Shown: positions 23,737 through 36,235 of the stretch, one piece after another
Numbering within the stretch: the first letter of the stretch is position 1
How the letters are laid out: the number at the start of each line of letters is the position of its first letter
Assembly (NCBI GenBank): GCA_032718475.1
Contig: JAUCBJ010001025.1
Location: forward strand, 1 to 46,815
DNA: 46,815 nucleotides
Direction of reading: 5' to 3'
Origin: Nemertoderma westbladi
Lineage: Eukaryota > Animalia > Xenacoelomorpha
Made by a program: the position numbers and the translations under genes
Notes under the pieces: model-generated
What the model saw: only the letters and a program-made list of their open reading frames with translations
What the model was told of the DNA's origin: nothing
Databases searched by the model: none

Positions 23737-26700
23737 TTATTTGAAATCACACAACAAGGCAACGCCTCGTAGGATCCAGAAGTCTGGGTGTTGGTCCGTG
23801 TGCAAAGAGAGCGAACATATGTAATTGAGATCGGTTCGTGATGGTTTCTTATAGACTGGACATTCGTACAACCGCTCCTTAGAGTTACTGGCACCAGTCT
23901 GCAAGTCGGCATAGATACGGACTACCGGTAATGGAGTGAAGAGAACTTTCATAGTGGATTCTGTGAGTTTGGATGACTTTCGGTTCCACCCTCCGCCATC
24001 CAGAAATAAACCGTAAACGAAGACCCCCTCGACGGGGGAATGACTCACTTCTTCTCGCATCATTCTTGTAACCTCGTTAGCTAGAACGACGTCATCTAGA
24101 GCCCAACCGGTGTGCGATCGGGTTGTCTCCTGACGCATCGCCGTGAGGAAACCCTGCGGGTTAAACATTCCCGTCATCCAGAAGCAGTTAGGTCGACCTT
24201 CGAGAATCCAGGATCGCATTTGGGCATTGCGATCTAGCAACTCAGTAAACCAGAAACCCAAGGTGGAGCTCAGCCAGGAGACTTTGGCCCAGGTGTCCGG
24301 CACTCGTGCATTGAACATGTTGTCTAGGGCATCCTGGAGGATCTCATTCATTATGATGCTGCCCTCGATGGCCAACTTGAGGTCATGGAGGGTGGTGCGA
24401 ACCGATGTTATCACTCTCTGCATCCGATGCAACTCTTGGCGTAGGAATATATTCAGCGGTTGAGTGACGCCGTATGATTTAAGTCTTTCTTTTACTTTGA
24501 ACGGGTTGTAATCCGGAGGTAATTTCTCCTCCATTTCGGAGGCCATCCGAAGAACTTGTGTTTCTCTACTTTCCCCACTAGAGGCGTTTGATTCCTTTGG
24601 TTGTATATTCAATATAGTAGCGAGACAATCATTCGCGAAGTTGGTCTGGTAGGTGATGTCTGCATTGGGATGCAGACCAAATGCTTGTGGGGTATCAATT
24701 AAAGGAAGCTTGTCAATGTGGTTACGAATTTCCTCAAGTTCACTATCTCTTGGTATCGTGTACCCAATGTAGAAATTAAACTTCCGATCGAAAAGGTTTT
24801 CCCCGAACCAAACTCTGGCAAATGTGTTAAGCAACCTCTTATCAAAATCGTCTGTAACTCTTCCACCATAATGGACTTCCCCTATCATATATCGGATGGT
24901 AACCCAGGATACCCCGCGCTTGGTGTCTAAGTCATCCAGATGATTCTGACACACCATTACTGTCGCGCTAAAGTCAGCTTGGTTGAACTCATATGGAATG
25001 TTCCAGCCAAGGGGACCGAATTTACGGCGCTCTTGAACGACGCTATGCAGGAATGCAACTGCATACATCAGAGGTTTCCATTCCATTCGGTGTGAAATAT
25101 CCAGCTGTTCCTTAGTAACTTCTGCGTAAGTTCGCTTCAACCCAGCCTTCAAGCCAAGTGGAGGATCATTTGTGAATTTAATACTCGCTTGGAGTAATGA
25201 AATAGGGAACAACACATGGGGTTCCGTTGTTATCCAAACTCTCATTGCTGGGTCTATTTGCTCTGTTGTGGTAATCAACTCTAATAATTCGCTCATAAAA
25301 TTTAAATCTAAATGACAGTTTTGGAAGAGACACCAGCCTCCATTACGCATCATTTCCTTGAGTATGCGTCTCGCATGAACCTCTTGCCCTTGACCCATAG
25401 AGATGTCTTTGCAAATGATATTGTTATATTTCGCTAATTTCTCTATATTGGACGTGGGGTCGGATCCCATGCTCAGGAAGCAGATCAGGGGACTTCGGCA
25501 ATCTGATTCTTTCTTCCACATCTCCTCTAGATTTGTAACAACTGGAGCTGTGAACTCTTCTCCCAATGACGATGCCACATACATTCTCGCCTGACTAAGG
25601 ATTCTGTCTGGACACCAACATCGAATGAGAAGGAGTTTGTTGAATGTTGATAGGTTGTCATAGCCATCGGGAATGGTCACTGCTTCAGGTGCCTCGCTCT
25701 CAAACCAAGACTTCCAACTTTTCTCATTCTGATTCACCTGCTCCAAAATATTGTGAAACAATGGTAACTTAGAGAGTTGAACCAAATTTAACCAGGTTGT
25801 GTCCGTGATCCACCGTTTAGGTTTTGTTGGAGCCGAGATGAGATCAAGCATAGCACCACCCATAATAAATGTTTGGAATTCTTCATATCTTATGTTTTTT
25901 AAATTAATATCAATTTTTAGAGCCAATAATATAGTAAACATAAATTTGTGCATTTCATATAAACCTCTAGCTGTGTACCTAAATACTTCAAAAGTTAGAT
26001 ATTCCATTATGTTATGCACTCGTCTACTCGTGATGGGACTTTTAACCGATTGCACCATTGAATTGTGAAATAGGTTGAGGAATTGTTTCAATGATGTCTG
26101 ATACATTTCATTAACCAGAGAAATTTCTACAATTAAGAAATATAGAATGGATCCACGATTAGCTATTGGTCGGTATTCTTCTCTGGCTGCATTTATTTGT
26201 AATTCAGTTTGGGCAGCTATTGTAAGTTTTTCTTTAACCTCATTGGATACTGCCTTAGTGACACCTAATACTTCAATAAGGGACTGGTCTTCAACCAATG
26301 AACCCTCCACAGATGACAACTTCTGCAATAAATTTTCCTCAAGTTCCTGTAGTTTCTCTTTATTTGCTGTAACTTCATCAGCAAGACGAGTGCTCTCACT
26401 TTCCAATTCACTTTTCTCGTTTTTGGTAACAAGACCCAGTAACTGATCCTCAAGTCCCTTCATCGTCACAGTGAAATCTATTATAGAAGTTCGAGAAGAT
26501 ATCTCTGGTGTGTAATTAGGATTTGATAACTTTGTTGTTATGTAGAGACGAAATCCTTTAGATATATCAATCTCTTTGTCACCAACTGTAACTTTAAATG
26601 TTGAACCTGATTTGAAATAGATTTTTTCTAAAACATTGTCAAGACATGGGTCAAGCTCATCTCTCACATCCTCCAGTAACAGAGGCTGACCTAGAGATAT

Positions 26701-29700
26701 CGCATCCTCTAAATGAGTTCGGAAATACTTGTTGTCTAATTGTGTCACTATCATGTTGTTTTCACTTTCTTTATTTTTGATCCAATATTTAGCCTGAATT
26801 TGTGGGTCAATTACAAGAGGGTACCGAGAAGAATTGGTTACAATGACACCATTCTGTATACTAAGTTCATCACTAGGCAACCCTTGCAGGTTCCACCGAG
26901 AAACTGTGACTTTATCAACCAGCATATCATTAATATCAATTGATTGACTGTAAGGAATCGACCTGTCACCAATTATTTGTCTTGTTCGTGTTATAAGTTT
27001 TTGTCGGAATAGTTGATTGAATGGACCAGCATATGAAAGAAACCCTGTAATTAACAACGCATCACCCATTAATTTAAACAACTGTTCTTTAAACAGTCGA
27101 CTGCTCTCTGTCCACCGAATGCGCTCCCCTCCCAAACCCTGGATCAATTTGCTAGCACTCTCCATCTTAAAGCGACAGGCGTCCAACCGGTCAACTAAAT
27201 TCTGTTTGAATCCCATTACTGTATCATACCTCACCTGCACTTTCATCAATTCTTCTTCCTTTTCATTCAAAGCCACCTGTGCTTTTTCTAATTCATTATT
27301 AGCACTGACCAGTCGGTGCTCCTGAGCAGCTAGTGAAGCCTTTAAGGGTAAGACTTCTCTGTTAACAGAAAAAAACTTGGACATGGCAATTGTCCATGCT
27401 AGCAATCCAGCAACATTTCCAGACACCTTCTTAGCTGTTTCCATGTTATAATCAGCCATTTTTAAATAAGGTTCCATTAATTCAACAATCTCATCATTGA
27501 TACAGTCTTTGTCAAAATTTAGCAAATTAGATAAGAACTTTGAATCACCCATAACCTTCAGCGATTCACCCCATGATGCTTTCGGACATGTTTTTTCCAA
27601 ATCTGGAGAGCAAGGATCGAGCGGTTTCTGGAATAAAATGAGAACGCAGTCCAAAATCCTCATAATGAGATGAGGAGGTTTACCTAGCTTTCGAACAGTC
27701 GCTATATCAACGGCTTTAATTGTCTGCAATGCCATCTCAGCTTCCTCAAGAGCTGGTCTTGCTACTTCCAACTTTTCCTCAGCAATAGCCTTGTCACTCT
27801 CTATTAAATCAACTAGATCCTGGGCGATATTCTTAACGGACTCTACTTGTAGTTTCACTTTCTCAGCCGCATGGGCAAACTCTGCCACTTCTTTAAGGAC
27901 AAGATCTGCCTCTACTGTTGCTTTATCTAGCTCTACCTCTGTGACGACCAATTCCTTTTGCAGTTCATTAACACTTACAGTGGCCTCATCTAGCTTTAGG
28001 AGACCGGTATCCATTTTTTGATACGAATTTTTCAGAGTAGCACTTCTTTCTACATATATACTGTTATAACCATTAAGAAATGACAGATAACTTTTGGGGG
28101 TAACATGAGTTTGGCGTCGAAATCTCTCAAAATATGACGAGCACATTTCAGTTACTTCCACATGGACATCTGCCATTGCCTCCACTAGATAATTCTTGAT
28201 GTGCTGATAGTTTTGAAAATCTAAGTCTCTCGAATACTGAACAGAAACTGCAGTCAAAGCATCACGCGGCCATATTTGGAACCAGTCAATAGTGCAGCCC
28301 GAGATTAGAGCAGGAAATTTTAAAGCTCTGCTTTGAAATTGATTCCCAGCAGACGAGAAACAAAGAGTTACATGGAAATTCTTTCCTACTCGGCTGTAAA
28401 AGTAATCAATTAAATTTTCTTGGGTGGGTGGATGTCTGGGAAATTCTTTTTTCATAATTGGGATTAAATTGCTGCATATTTCATCCATTTCATCCTTGGC
28501 AAACAAATTTGACACTTCGCCACTAGCTAAAACATTGTTCATTGGTTCCAAAAACATTTCATCTTTAATATCATTATCAGTAAAGATGAAAGTTAATCCT
28601 TTTCCCTGCTCACCTGTTATGCGATACATCACCTTGAGATCAGTTAGAAAGTCGGCAACATTGTAGGAACGTGTAAGAGTAATTCGGTAGGTACTATAAC
28701 CAGCTATAAAGGAGGCCAATTTCGTGAGACTCTGCTTGCCACAGCCACCTACACCAACTAACAACGCATGTCCCTTCCATGTGCGAATAATACGGGAGAT
28801 TCTCATCAAATGTATCATAGCATCATCGAAAAATACCAAGTCCATTTCCCCCCCTCTAGATTCTTCATTGCATTCAGCCATGTGTTCCAGGAGCTTGGAT
28901 TTTAATTTATCAAATCCTGGAATGGGTTCATAAACCTTTGGAGCCATAAGATCATCATCGTCGACCTCATCACCTGTTGGTTCGGGGGCTTCCCTGAGAA
29001 AATCAACAAAATATGAATCTTCTTTTAGAAAGTCATTACATTCAATTTTCAGTTCCGATTGAAGTAGGTCTCTCACTGTCGCATTAAACCATTGCTTATC
29101 TACCTGGTTCACAAATCGATCAGCAACAACACGTTCTATTTCATGTCGCCAAAGCTCAAAGAGTCTGGATCTCGAGTTTATAACATCCGCAGTGGAATTC
29201 AGCATCCCTTGCCAAATTCTACTCAAATCCCTGAGATTAAAAACATAATGAAATTTTCCTGGAATTGGTAACATTTTGATTTTCGTACATTGCCATATGA
29301 GCCTGGTTAATGAGACTAGTTGACTAACACATTCTACTACCTCTGTACAAAAACCTCTCTCAGTAATAAAGTGCCCACATCCAATAGTGTTATAGATCTT
29401 ATCAATACTGTTGTTGCTAGGAAGAGTGCAATTAAAAACATTAAATTGACGACGAAGTCGTTCAGGAATGTTGTTTCTCCCTCCTCCTGGATGAATCATT
29501 GCAGCCAGAAACTGGACATCAACTATTGTCGTAAAATCTCCAGGTTTATCCAAGTTATAGAAACCAGAAACATCTAATAGTTGCCTGACGATTTCATTGG
29601 TCACTTGATCACCCCACTCATTAATTACTGGCATGTTAATGTCATCAATGAATACTGTCATTTTCTTACCAGCCCGAGGTCCATAAGTGTGACCAACATG

Positions 29701-32700
29701 CTTCTCCACAAAACTCTCTATAGTTCTTTGATACATGAGAGGTGTTGTAGCGCTGCTGAAGTTCAAATTATTATTGATATGAAATTCTGAATCAAACTTC
29801 GACAAAAATGTCTTTATCATGACTGTTTTGGCAGTTCCCTGCTCACCTATCAGCAAAACTCTCTTATTCTGTTTATGTATAATGTGTATTAGAAATTCAG
29901 TCCTGACATTATCCACATTTGGCACGAGAATGGAGAGGTAATTTGGTGTGCAGTCTTTAGGGTATAGATATTCTGGAACTCTTTCCGACCAATGGCACCA
30001 CTCTAAATTATCACAATCTATAGCATAATCAAATATTGTGTCTCGCTCAAGGGGCAAATCAAGAGATCCAATGTCCCTAAGTTTCTCCTGAAATTTAACG
30101 CGATCACTTAATTCTAAAGCAGCACCAAGGGACCACATCAGTGAGAAAGTAAACAACCTTTCAACTCCATTATCTGGTAATTCTACTTTGGAATTGTGGT
30201 GGTGACCTGGGTAAGCCATGTTGTCATTATCACTTGGTAACATACCGTCAAGAATATCAAGGCTCTGCCGAACATACATACATTCCAAGAGCTCTATCTT
30301 TGGATTGAGATATTCGACCAAATATTGGTACATTTCTGGAAAATATTGCTGATATAAGTTTAAAATGGTTGTTTTCATGGAAGGCTTCCTTTCAGTCCAA
30401 GCCAAAACGAGGGGTTCCCAAGTAATAACCGAGCTGGAAAGAAACACTATTCCATTGCGAGATACAGTAGCTGGTGAGGCATTGTCGATATTTTGAGGTT
30501 CAAATATTATTTTACAATTTGGAGCCATTGGGATTCTGTCACCATTAGCTAGTGTCAACGTTCTATTGTCATCTAAAACAGAGTTGAGATTTTCTATCCA
30601 AATTGCATCTACTGGGCCATCCAGGACAAGCCACACATTATCTGACTTCTTTAGTTTATGAGTTCGTCGCCACAATGTAGAGAATATTCCATCTGTCCAG
30701 TCATTGGTAGCCACATCCAACTGGCCAAACATCTGAGATGCAGTCACAGCCTTTGGGTTCATTCTCAGTTCCTTATGAGGTAAATCGCAGATGGTCATGG
30801 CACCCATAAGGGTGTGAATAATCTCTGTTTTACCTGCGCCACTTGGACCTAATGTCATGATTCCCCACCGGACTAGTTGCGTTTCATACAACTGTATACA
30901 CTTAAGGACCCAGGGTTTGTGATCTATTAGAGAAGACTCCTTTATAGTACGGGAGAGAGCCGCCTCAAGTTCCCTATAGACAGCTTTATCGAGAGCTATA
31001 CCTGGGAAACAATCATTTATGAGACTAAGAAACAGAGGCTCATCTTCGTCAATCAATTTCGAAAGGTTCATATCTCTAAGAACTCGCATTACCACTTTCG
31101 GCTCAGGTTCATTTGGATTTTGCCTTTTCACACCACCCAGAGTTCTTAAAACCGAAAGAATGTTTCTCAATCCGAAATCATAGTGAACTTGTTTGCTGAG
31201 TTGCTCTTCACAAAGTTTGTATAATGTGTAGAATTTCCTCGACAAGATTATGTTTGCTTGAAAGCCTGTTATCGCTAATTTTACTCTTATAATAATTAAT
31301 CTGTCTGGGACCATCATAGCAACAGTTCGGAAGTTGATCTTCAGATTCTCAGGCAACTCCTGTCTCCCGGCATATCCTGGATTCATTGTGATGAACAATC
31401 CAAATGAGGGATGGAGAGAAACATTGTCTCCATCAGTAAAGATGAACTCTGATTTTCTCTCTCGCTTACATTGAAGGACAATAGCTATCTGTTGTGCCGC
31501 TACAGATAATACATTCAAATTGATTCTGTTGAATTCATCGAAACAACCCCAGCTACCTGACTGTGCTAAACCTTTAAAAATTCTACCCAGACCTCTGAAG
31601 TCCATCTGTTCCGAACAATTAAACACGACCACATAAGCTCCGAGAGTCCTTCCCATATCCTTAGTAGTCTCAGTCTTCCCAGTACCTGCAGGACCGGCTG
31701 GAGCTGCGCCCAGGGCTAACCCCAACGCCTGGGCAACTGTAATATAACACCTATCAGTAAGCGGTGTAATAACCAATCGCTCTCTGCAACCTATGAACTC
31801 ATACATATAACCAAACTTAATGTCTGTAATGTGGACAAAGCAGGCATCTACATCCTCCTTGAAATATATTCTTGTTTGTTTTAGCCACTCAAAATCATTT
31901 TTGCTGCGAACCCTAAGGCGGCACAAGTCATCAAATATATCTGTCTGGTGTATATGAATGGTAATTAGAGTTTCATATTTAAGACGTTCAAATTTTGCCA
32001 AATCTTGCGTTGTCACTTTTATCAGTGTGTTAAGCATTTCCAACCAACTTTTGTTGGTAGAATGCATTATTTTCTTGTCAAAAGCTGCCCGTTGCAGGGC
32101 AACTTCGCTGTCTCTCGTCCAGATCATCTGTATGGCCAACAGCACTACTTGAGATATATACGATGTAGAAAACTCGAGTAACTCAAACTCTTCGTCACCG
32201 ATGGTGTCATTGGCATCTTTAATTACTGAGTGCAATGATGCACGCTGGGATTGGAGTAGGTCGTTGAGCCAATATTCAACATTACCAGCAGCGATTGTCG
32301 GCTTGTGAAGTTCTAATTTGTCACCTTCAGCTGAAAGAACATCTGTTATTTTATCATACTGTTTGGAACAGAATGTGACATGGGCTACATTATCGAATAT
32401 GGATAGAAGATGAGACTGTATTGTGTGACTATCAGATGCTTGGCCCAGAATTTCTAAAAGTGCTGTGTCAGAGACAAAGAAAAATCGTGGAAACAACAAC
32501 CTTTTTTTCTCCAGATAACCCGTTAGTGACTTTTGACAAATTTCCAATAACTCCAAAAGATGGGGCAACATTTCTGATAAAATCTCATCCCCAGTACAGC
32601 AAAGCAAAACATTGGGTGTTTCATGTGCCTTAGTCATTATTTTCTGCCATGATTTATCTATTAATGCAAATCGCTTAGCTTCTTCGGGCAGTTGTTTTGC

Positions 32701-35437
32701 AATATCTCCCCCAACAAACACTGCTTCAAGATAAACCCAGATATTTTGAACCTGCAATAACATCTCAACTATGTCATTTGACTGGGATAACTTTGCAATG
32801 TATTTCTGCAACTCGGCTTTGAATGGCAAATTGTATCGGTTGCTCATTAATGTGCTCAGTATCATCATAGAATCTTCCATTAGGGCAATCAGTTCAATGA
32901 CTGAATCGCCCTTTAGCAACAACTCACCACGATTTTTAAATTGTCCAAATTTAAATATCTGCATTTCCCAGGTAGTCTTCATAGCTTTCAGTTTTGCTTC
33001 AATATCCAATTCCTTGAGCGCTGCAATACAAATATCTTCAATGTCCTCCTTGTGATGAAGAAGTGAAACCTCCATAACATCTTTCAATGTCAGAAAATCG
33101 TTCAGTATGTTTATATCGGCTCCAGTGACCTTGTTTATTCTGGACCAGTGCCTTTCCTTCATTGCCTTGTTTGTCATCATTTCAATGAGAGGGCAGGTTT
33201 CAGTCAAATCATCAACACATTTTTTTAGTTCGGTGAAGGCTGGATAATCTTTGAGGGCCCGCGGAAGCCTCTTGCATTTCTTCTGAAACTCTTGAAGATC
33301 CTCAGAAATCTTAATGATATCAATTTCTGTCCAAGTTGTTTCGTTATATTTTGCTATGCTGACAAGTACAGAATTATAAAGGGTGTATAACTTCCAAAGA
33401 AGTACCAGTTCCTTTTTTACTCGGTGAAGTTCGGGGTAGCTAGTTACAGGTAAACCAAAAAGTAGTTCGCCTCCAGAACATGTCTCATAGCTAGCCCATA
33501 ACTCGTCAAACTGCAATTGATAGAAACTTAGACTCTCATAAGCTTCTGTAGGGCTAATACCGGGGGTTGTTGGGCCCTTTTCGGTATATTTTTCCAGGAA
33601 AATATCAAAATCTACCTGAAAAGTGTTAATGGCAGTTAACAACCCGGTCTTAAATGATTGCTGGATCTCCAACAAAATGTCCTGCTTCTTTGCAGCATCA
33701 GATAAGATATTACGCATAGCATACCCCAATGAATCTACCTTCTCTTGAGTGCCTTGCTCGCAAATAACTCCATGTCTATTAAATAAAAAATATGCTTCTT
33801 CAACTTTCTTTACATCTACCTCCATGTCTAGCTGTTTGTCACGAACATCAACTAATGCAGTCATGACAGTCCGGATGCTATCCAGAGATTTTACTTTTTT
33901 ACTTAAATTCTTCTTGGTAGCAGTGAGAAAGTTTGATATTTCATTCATTTTAACATTGATGTGTGCTGTGATAGTTCTCGCGAATTCCTGTTTCCACGTA
34001 TTGCAATCCTGCAACAAACCTAGCTTCAAGGGTTCCAGTCTCAGTAATAATGGTCCTACTCTATGCTCTGATGGTATATTTTCTATTGTCTTTTCAAGAA
34101 ATGAAAATTCGCGTATTTTTAGGCTGAAGTCGTATAGAAGGTCTTTAGATTGATCAGCGGCATCAGAGGCGCACTTTACAGGGTCATTGTTCCATAAATG
34201 ATTGTAGCTCTGAAACTGCTCAAGCCAAGAGCAGATATCGCTCTCAATCTCTGGAATCAAAGAGTTCAGCTTATATGCGGCTTTGGCGATGTCTTTATTA
34301 TCATGAAGAACTTTAAATATTGATTTTACTGTCATTGTTGTCTTCAAATTCGGGGAATCTTCCATTGGATTCATCTCGGAAATAATGAGTGCATCTTTTT
34401 TCTCCATTTCAATCCGGGTATGGTCGTGATTCCAGTTGGGGAAATCCGTTCCGATTCCAATAAGTATTTGGCCTGCTTGGTTTATTGCACTCTGTATCTC
34501 ATCCAGTCCAGGTTTACAAACAATATTCGGAATCTCTAAAACAACGTCAGTTAAAAATACAGGGGGAAGAGATGCATTCCTTCCATGATGTAGTTGTGCA
34601 TCATACACACATTTGCGAATGTATTTAATATTCTCAGCAACACAACGGGACAAAACGTCGAGATTTTTAGCACCAAATAGAGTTAAGGTGTCCCAGAAAT
34701 GGCAAGGAAGGCACTCTTTACACCGTTTAACCTTGTATTTGCCCAGTGGGTTTCTGCAGAGGTAATACGGGGCTTCCATGTTAATGAGTTCATCAGGGAG
34801 AAGCTCTTTCTTCAACATGTGGAACAGTTCATTTATTGAAACCTCGATAAACTGACTGGCCGACGCGAGAGTTTTTCTACTAGCATTCACTACTTGCTGC
34901 GTCATGTTTATGAATTCTTGTATTGATACCGGTTCCTCTTCTGGTATAAAACAAATATCTGTAGATCTTATTTTCTGGAACGTGTTTTCTATACGATTCT
35001 CCAAAATTTCGCTAGCGCGACGTGTTACGAGTTCGAAGTGAGATAGTTGGCTTTCGACGTTACTGATGAAAACATTGGAATTTAAAGACATCCAAGTGTG
35101 AATCTTTATCCCCGGTAACATTTCATCGAATAGTCTTAAACGATAACCGGTCATCAGTGGTTCAATAATGGGGGGCGTGTTCTTTATGATTATCCTATAA
35201 TGTGTGAGTAAATTGTTCACTCCATTATAGGTTTTCTTTAATTCCGGTTCTTTATGAATCAGCTGTCTAGCAAAGGTAGGGAGTTCCAGGCCCATCCTCG
35301 CCATATGTTTCGATTCATCGATAAGTTCTAATATCGATCTATCGAAGTTGGTTTGAAACAAGTCTGTCTCCGGGTCTTGGAAGAATAGACAGGAATTCAG
35401 AGCCGTCCTTACAACATCAACCATTTTAATCCATGCA
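23737..35437 (-). CDS. DNAH5: Axonemal outer-arm dynein heavy chain (DNAH5/DNAH8 type), 11.7-kb terminal exon: tail, linker, AAA1-6, stalk, C-terminus
   Basis: P-loops GPAGTGKT, GPSGAGKT, GEQGTAKT, GVGGCGKQS; WGCFDEFNRI; C-terminal WILRGVALLCD; acceptor tttcgcag ending at 35438, phase 2 giving YH-S-AWIKM. DNAH5 versus DNAH8 cannot be settled by eye. Confidence 0.93.
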
Positions 35438-35511
35438 CTGCGAAATTAAAATAGTAGATTCAGATAGATATAATTACCATCTTACATTATGTCAACTTCT
35501 CCGCTCAGGTG

Positions 35512-35695
35512 GGATATCATCGTCACTTAGAAACGGATATCATCGTCACTTAGAAACGGATATCATCGTCACTTAGAAACGGATATCATCGTCACTTAGA
35601 AACGGATATCATCGTCACTTAGAAACGGATATCATCGTCACTTAGAAACGGATATCATCGTCACTTAGAAACGGATATCATCGTCACTTAGAAAC
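35512..35695. repeat. 23-bp minisatellite x8 (ggatatcatcgtcacttagaaac)
   Basis: 184 bp = 8 x 23, perfect; 74 bp from the dynein acceptor. Confidence 0.97.
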
Positions 35696-36235
35696 AATCA
35701 ACATCTGGTACGTGTTTTGAGTATTATACCATTGTATGCTAATTGTAAGATTATTTACCCTACAGTTAGTTGTAGTGTTAGCAACTAGTATAAAAACGAT
35801 ATTTCAATAATATTTCTAAACATTACAATTTAAAAGCTAATAATTAAGCAATCAGAAGACCGATTAGTTGACATAATGTAATAAAATTACGTATATCATT
35901 GTGTGAAACTATTAGCAATATTCAGCGTTTATGACCCTAGTATATTTATGTAAACCCTCTAACTGGGCTCGCCTGGGCCATAAAGAAAAATATTGAATTT
36001 TTCTCACAATTATGTAAATTATTGTTACTACAATATTTGAATGCGAATTAAGTTCGTCAAAAAAACGACTCTATAAAATGTGTGAAAATGGTTCATACTA
36101 ATATTCCAAATATAGAACGTGGAACTGTGGAAATTTACTCATGATGAGAACAATAACATACCACTCACTATTCAATAACGATTACTTTTACTTTTCCGTG
36201 AACATAACATAACAAAGAATCAGCCGTATTGGATG

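Noticed and set aside
24143-34153. Many short + strand ORFs opposite the dynein exon (similar ones overlap ACOX3)
   Set aside because: Shadow ORFs of long coding regions with no recognisable motifs
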